From assembly GCA_963840885.1 (NCBI GenBank), contig CAWJAN010000006.1:116530-180529 (forward strand): a stretch of 64,000 nucleotides of DNA, read 5' to 3'. Source of the stretch: an uncultured bacterium. Lineage in GTDB: Bacteria; Patescibacteriota; Minisyncoccia; Phycocordibacterales; GWA1-40-21. Under the pieces are notes generated by a model. It was given only the letters and a program-made list of their open reading frames with translations. It had not been told where the DNA came from and did no database searches. Below, piece by piece: positions 61,626 through 64,000 of this stretch (positions are counted from its first letter, which is position 1; the number at the start of each line of letters is the position of its first letter). The position numbers and the translations under genes were made by a program.

Positions 61626-62413
61626 ATGGAAAACATGCAAGAGAAAGATTATATGGGTATGAAGCAGCACGGGGTTTTTAAGAAAATAATATTTTTTGTT
61701 TTGTCGCTTTTTGTTTTCGTAGGAGCAATCAAGGCATTTGATAACGGCGGTTCGAACGCCGGCGCGCAGAATACAATCGTAATTTCCGGAAAAGGAGAGA
61801 TTTCCGTAAAGCCTGACATAGCCACGGTTGATTTTTCCGTAATGGAGGAAAACCTGGATGTTTCAAAAGCATCTGATGCGGTAAATACGAAAATAGCTAA
61901 AATCATCGATACCTTGAAGAATGACGGAGTCGATGAAAGCGATATAAAGACGACCGATTACAGCATTTCGCCGAGATATAATTATGCGAATCCAAGCTCA
62001 TTGTATCCAAACGGAAGACAGGTTCTTGCCGGATATGACGTAACACAGAGCATCGAGGTCAAGATAAGGGATTTGTCCAAGACCGGAAGCGTCGTAACGG
62101 ACCTCAGCGTTCTCGGAGTCACAAATATGAGCGGGCTTAATTTCACCGAAGACAAATATGACGATTTGGTAAGGCAAGCCAGAGATGCGGCAATTGCTGA
62201 TGCGCGCGACCAGGCTTCCAAGCTTGCAAAGTCTTTGGGTGTAAATCTCGATAAGATAGTAGGATATTCAGAAAATGGAAATTATCCAGTCTATTACAAT
62301 ACGGCTGTTCCGGAGGGATGGCTATGGCCATGCCAAGCGCGGCGCCCGCAGTATTGCCAACGGGAGAGAACAAAATTACCTCAAATGTAAGCATTACTTA
62401 CGAAATAAGGTAA
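61626..62413 (+). CDS. SIMPL/DUF541-domain periplasmic protein, C-terminal frameshift near 62300-62317
   Basis: Main frame ends in an aberrant ..WLWPCQARRPQYCQ..; alternate frame gives the canonical C-terminus GGMAMAMPSAAPAVLPTGENKITSNVSITYEIR. Confidence 0.6.
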
Positions 62414-62434
62414 AACTTTATTTTCGTTATTATA

Positions 62435-62468
62435 AAGAACGGCCCGGCCTTAAGGCCGGGCCGTTCTT
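62435..62468 (+). terminator. strong hairpin / terminator
   Basis: aagaacggcccggcc-ttaa-ggccgggccgttctt. Confidence 0.5.
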
Positions 62469-62540
62469 GCATTTAATGCCTTTTATGTTATTATAACTGC
62501 AAGCCCGCAGGGGCGGTTTTTTAAATAAAAAATAACAATC

Positions 62541-62720
62541 ATGTCAAAACTTTCAAATTATTTAACGGAATCAAGAGAGGAATTGAAGCATATTTCCTGG
62601 CCTACCAGGCACCAGACTTTTCTGTTCACCGCTCTGGTTATTTTCATATCTGTCGGAATTGCCGCATACCTCGGATTTTTCGACTACGTATTCTCTTCCA
62701 TATTGAAGATTTTCTTTTAA
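62541..62720 (+). CDS. secE: preprotein translocase subunit SecE (59 aa, missed by ORF track)
   Basis: MSKLSNYLTESREELKHISWPTRHQTFLFTALVIFISVGIAAYLGFFDYVFSSILKIFF; immediately upstream of nusG. Confidence 0.75.
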   Translation: MSKLSNYLTESREELKHISWPTRHQTFLFTALVIFISVGIAAYLGFFDYVFSSILKIFF

Positions 62721-62738
62721 TAAAAATATAAAAATTTT

Positions 62739-63287
62739 ATGGCAAAACAGACAATAGAACAGGGAAGGCACTGGTATGCGATCCATACTTATGCCGGATA
62801 CGAAAATGCGGTCGCAAGGAATCTCAAGCAGAGAATCGACTCCTTGAATATGAATGACAAGATTTTCAATGTCATCGTTCCTGTCGAAAAAAAGATAAAA
62901 ATAAAAGGCAATAAGAGGGTGGAAGAAGAAGAAAAAATATATCCGGGATACATACTTGTAGATATGGTTGTTACCGATGACTCTTGGTTTGTCGTCCGAA
63001 ATACTCCTCGTGTCACCGGGTTTGTCGGTGCAGGAGTATATCCTGTCCCGCTTACGGAAAAAGAAGTTGAATTTTTCCTCGGCAATATGAAGCAGAACGG
63101 CGAAGTGAAGCATGCTGTGGAATTTTCTATAGGCGAGTCCGTAAAGATAGTCGACGGTCCTTTCAAGGATCTTGAAGGCAAGATAAACGAAATAGACAGC
63201 GAGAAAGGAAAAGCCAAAGTCATGGTGCTTATTTTCGGAAGAGAGACTCCTGTCGAGCTCGATTTGTTGCAAATCAAGGGAGTTTAA
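62739..63287 (+). CDS. nusG: transcription termination/antitermination factor NusG
   Basis: ..HWYAIHTYAGYENAV.. NGN domain; C-terminal KOW ..GKAKVMVLIFGRETPVELD.. Confidence 0.85.
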   Translation: MAKQTIEQGRHWYAIHTYAGYENAVARNLKQRIDSLNMNDKIFNVIVPVEKKIKIKGNKRVEEEEKIYPGYILVDMVVTDDSWFVVRNTPRVTGFVGAGVYPVPLTEKEVEFFLGNMKQNGEVKHAVEFSIGESVKIVDGPFKDLEGKINEIDSEKGKAKVMVLIFGRETPVELDLLQIKGV

Positions 63288-63331
63288 TATAGTATGAATC
63301 CCGCCTCTAAATAACACTAAAAACAACAAAT

Positions 63332-63754
63332 ATGGCAAAGAAAATAACAAAAAAATTAAAGCTTCAGATACCGGCAGGCAAAGCCACGCCGGCTCCTCCA
63401 ATCGGCCCGGCTCTCGGTCAGGCGGGAATAAATATCGGAGATTTCGTCAATAAATTCAATACCGCGACGAAGACAATGATAGGCGATGTCGTTCCGGTGG
63501 TAATCACCGTATACGAGGACAGAAGCTATGACTTCATCTTGAAAACGCCTCCGACAGCAGCGCTTATAATGAAAGCTTTGGGAATAGAAAAAGGTTCCGG
63601 AAAGCCGAATACGGCAAAGGTGGGAACGCTTACCAAAGCCCAGGTCAAAGAGATTGCCGAAAAGAAACTTGTCGATATGAACGCAAATGATATAAACGCA
63701 GCCATGAAAATGGTTGAAGGTGCGGCGAAATCAATGGGCGTTGAAATCAAATAA
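63332..63754 (+). CDS. rplK: 50S ribosomal protein L11
   Basis: [39 protein letters not shown]... Confidence 0.9.
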   Translation: MAKKITKKLKLQIPAGKATPAPPIGPALGQAGINIGDFVNKFNTATKTMIGDVVPVVITVYEDRSYDFILKTPPTAALIMKALGIEKGSGKPNTAKVGTLTKAQVKEIAEKKLVDMNANDINAAMKMVEGAAKSMGVEIK

Positions 63755-63814
63755 AAATACTCGAGTCTACTGCTCCTGTAAGGAGTTGAGGTCAAATAAA
63801 TAAGAAATAAAATA

Positions 63815-63850
63815 GGCCGGTTCGCGAAAGCGAACCGGCCATTTTTTGTT
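63815..63850. terminator. bidirectional terminator
   Basis: ggccggttcgc-gaaa-gcgaaccggcc + attttttg. Confidence 0.5.
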
Positions 63851-63852
63851 TT

Positions 63853-64000
63853 ATCTTTTGATGTCCCTGTCTTTGTAAAGGCGGGGAAGCATCATCGATG
63901 GATCCCAGGAGTTTTTCAAGGTTTTCAGATCAGCAGAGCTCTGGTATTTGCCAAGCTTTGCATAATCCGTACCCAAGATAGGCCCAGTCTCCTCAAAGAT
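63853..64000 (-). CDS. 3' end of a minus-strand gene continuing past the window edge (unknown product)
   Basis: Open reverse frame ...ETGPILGTDYAKLGKYQSSADLKTLKNSWDPSMMLPRLYKDRDIKR* ending at a TAA whose reverse complement (tta) sits at 63853-63855. Confidence 0.3.

Overview
This window reads as a low-GC (~36-38%) compact bacterial chromosome segment, most plausibly Candidate Phyla Radiation / Patescibacteria-like; that assignment is inferred from gene content and not verified. It contains the replication-origin neighbourhood (rpmH-rnpA-yidC-jag on the minus strand, then dnaA-dnaN-DUF721 on the plus strand) and housekeeping genes (pcrA, rsmA, PBP1A, tyrS, ruvC, degraded ruvB, tsaE, polA, tig, nusA, metG, tatD, folD, secE-nusG-rplK). 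It also contains two surface-apparatus clusters. One is a VirB4/VirB6/PrgI-like type-IV-secretion-like cluster at 7.6-19.8 kb. The other is a type IV pilus cluster (pilB, then pilB2-pilC and three prepilin-type genes at 48.7-55.6 kb), next to a 1716-aa NHL-repeat surface protein that carries four perfect 147-bp tandem repeats. The most unusual signal is two single-gene cassettes at 34.8-35.5 kb and 58.26-59.08 kb. Both are clearly GC-richer (~50%) with foreign codon usage, both start with a TTGACAAATT-type promoter and a GGAGG RBS, and both end in strong terminators. Both encode proteins I cannot assign to any family. Several otherwise conserved genes (dnaN, ruvB, virB4, SIMPL) are split by frameshifts. 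Because dnaN is essential, this points to assembly indel errors as much as to real pseudogenes. rpmH and secE were missed by the ORF track (<60 aa) but are clearly present.
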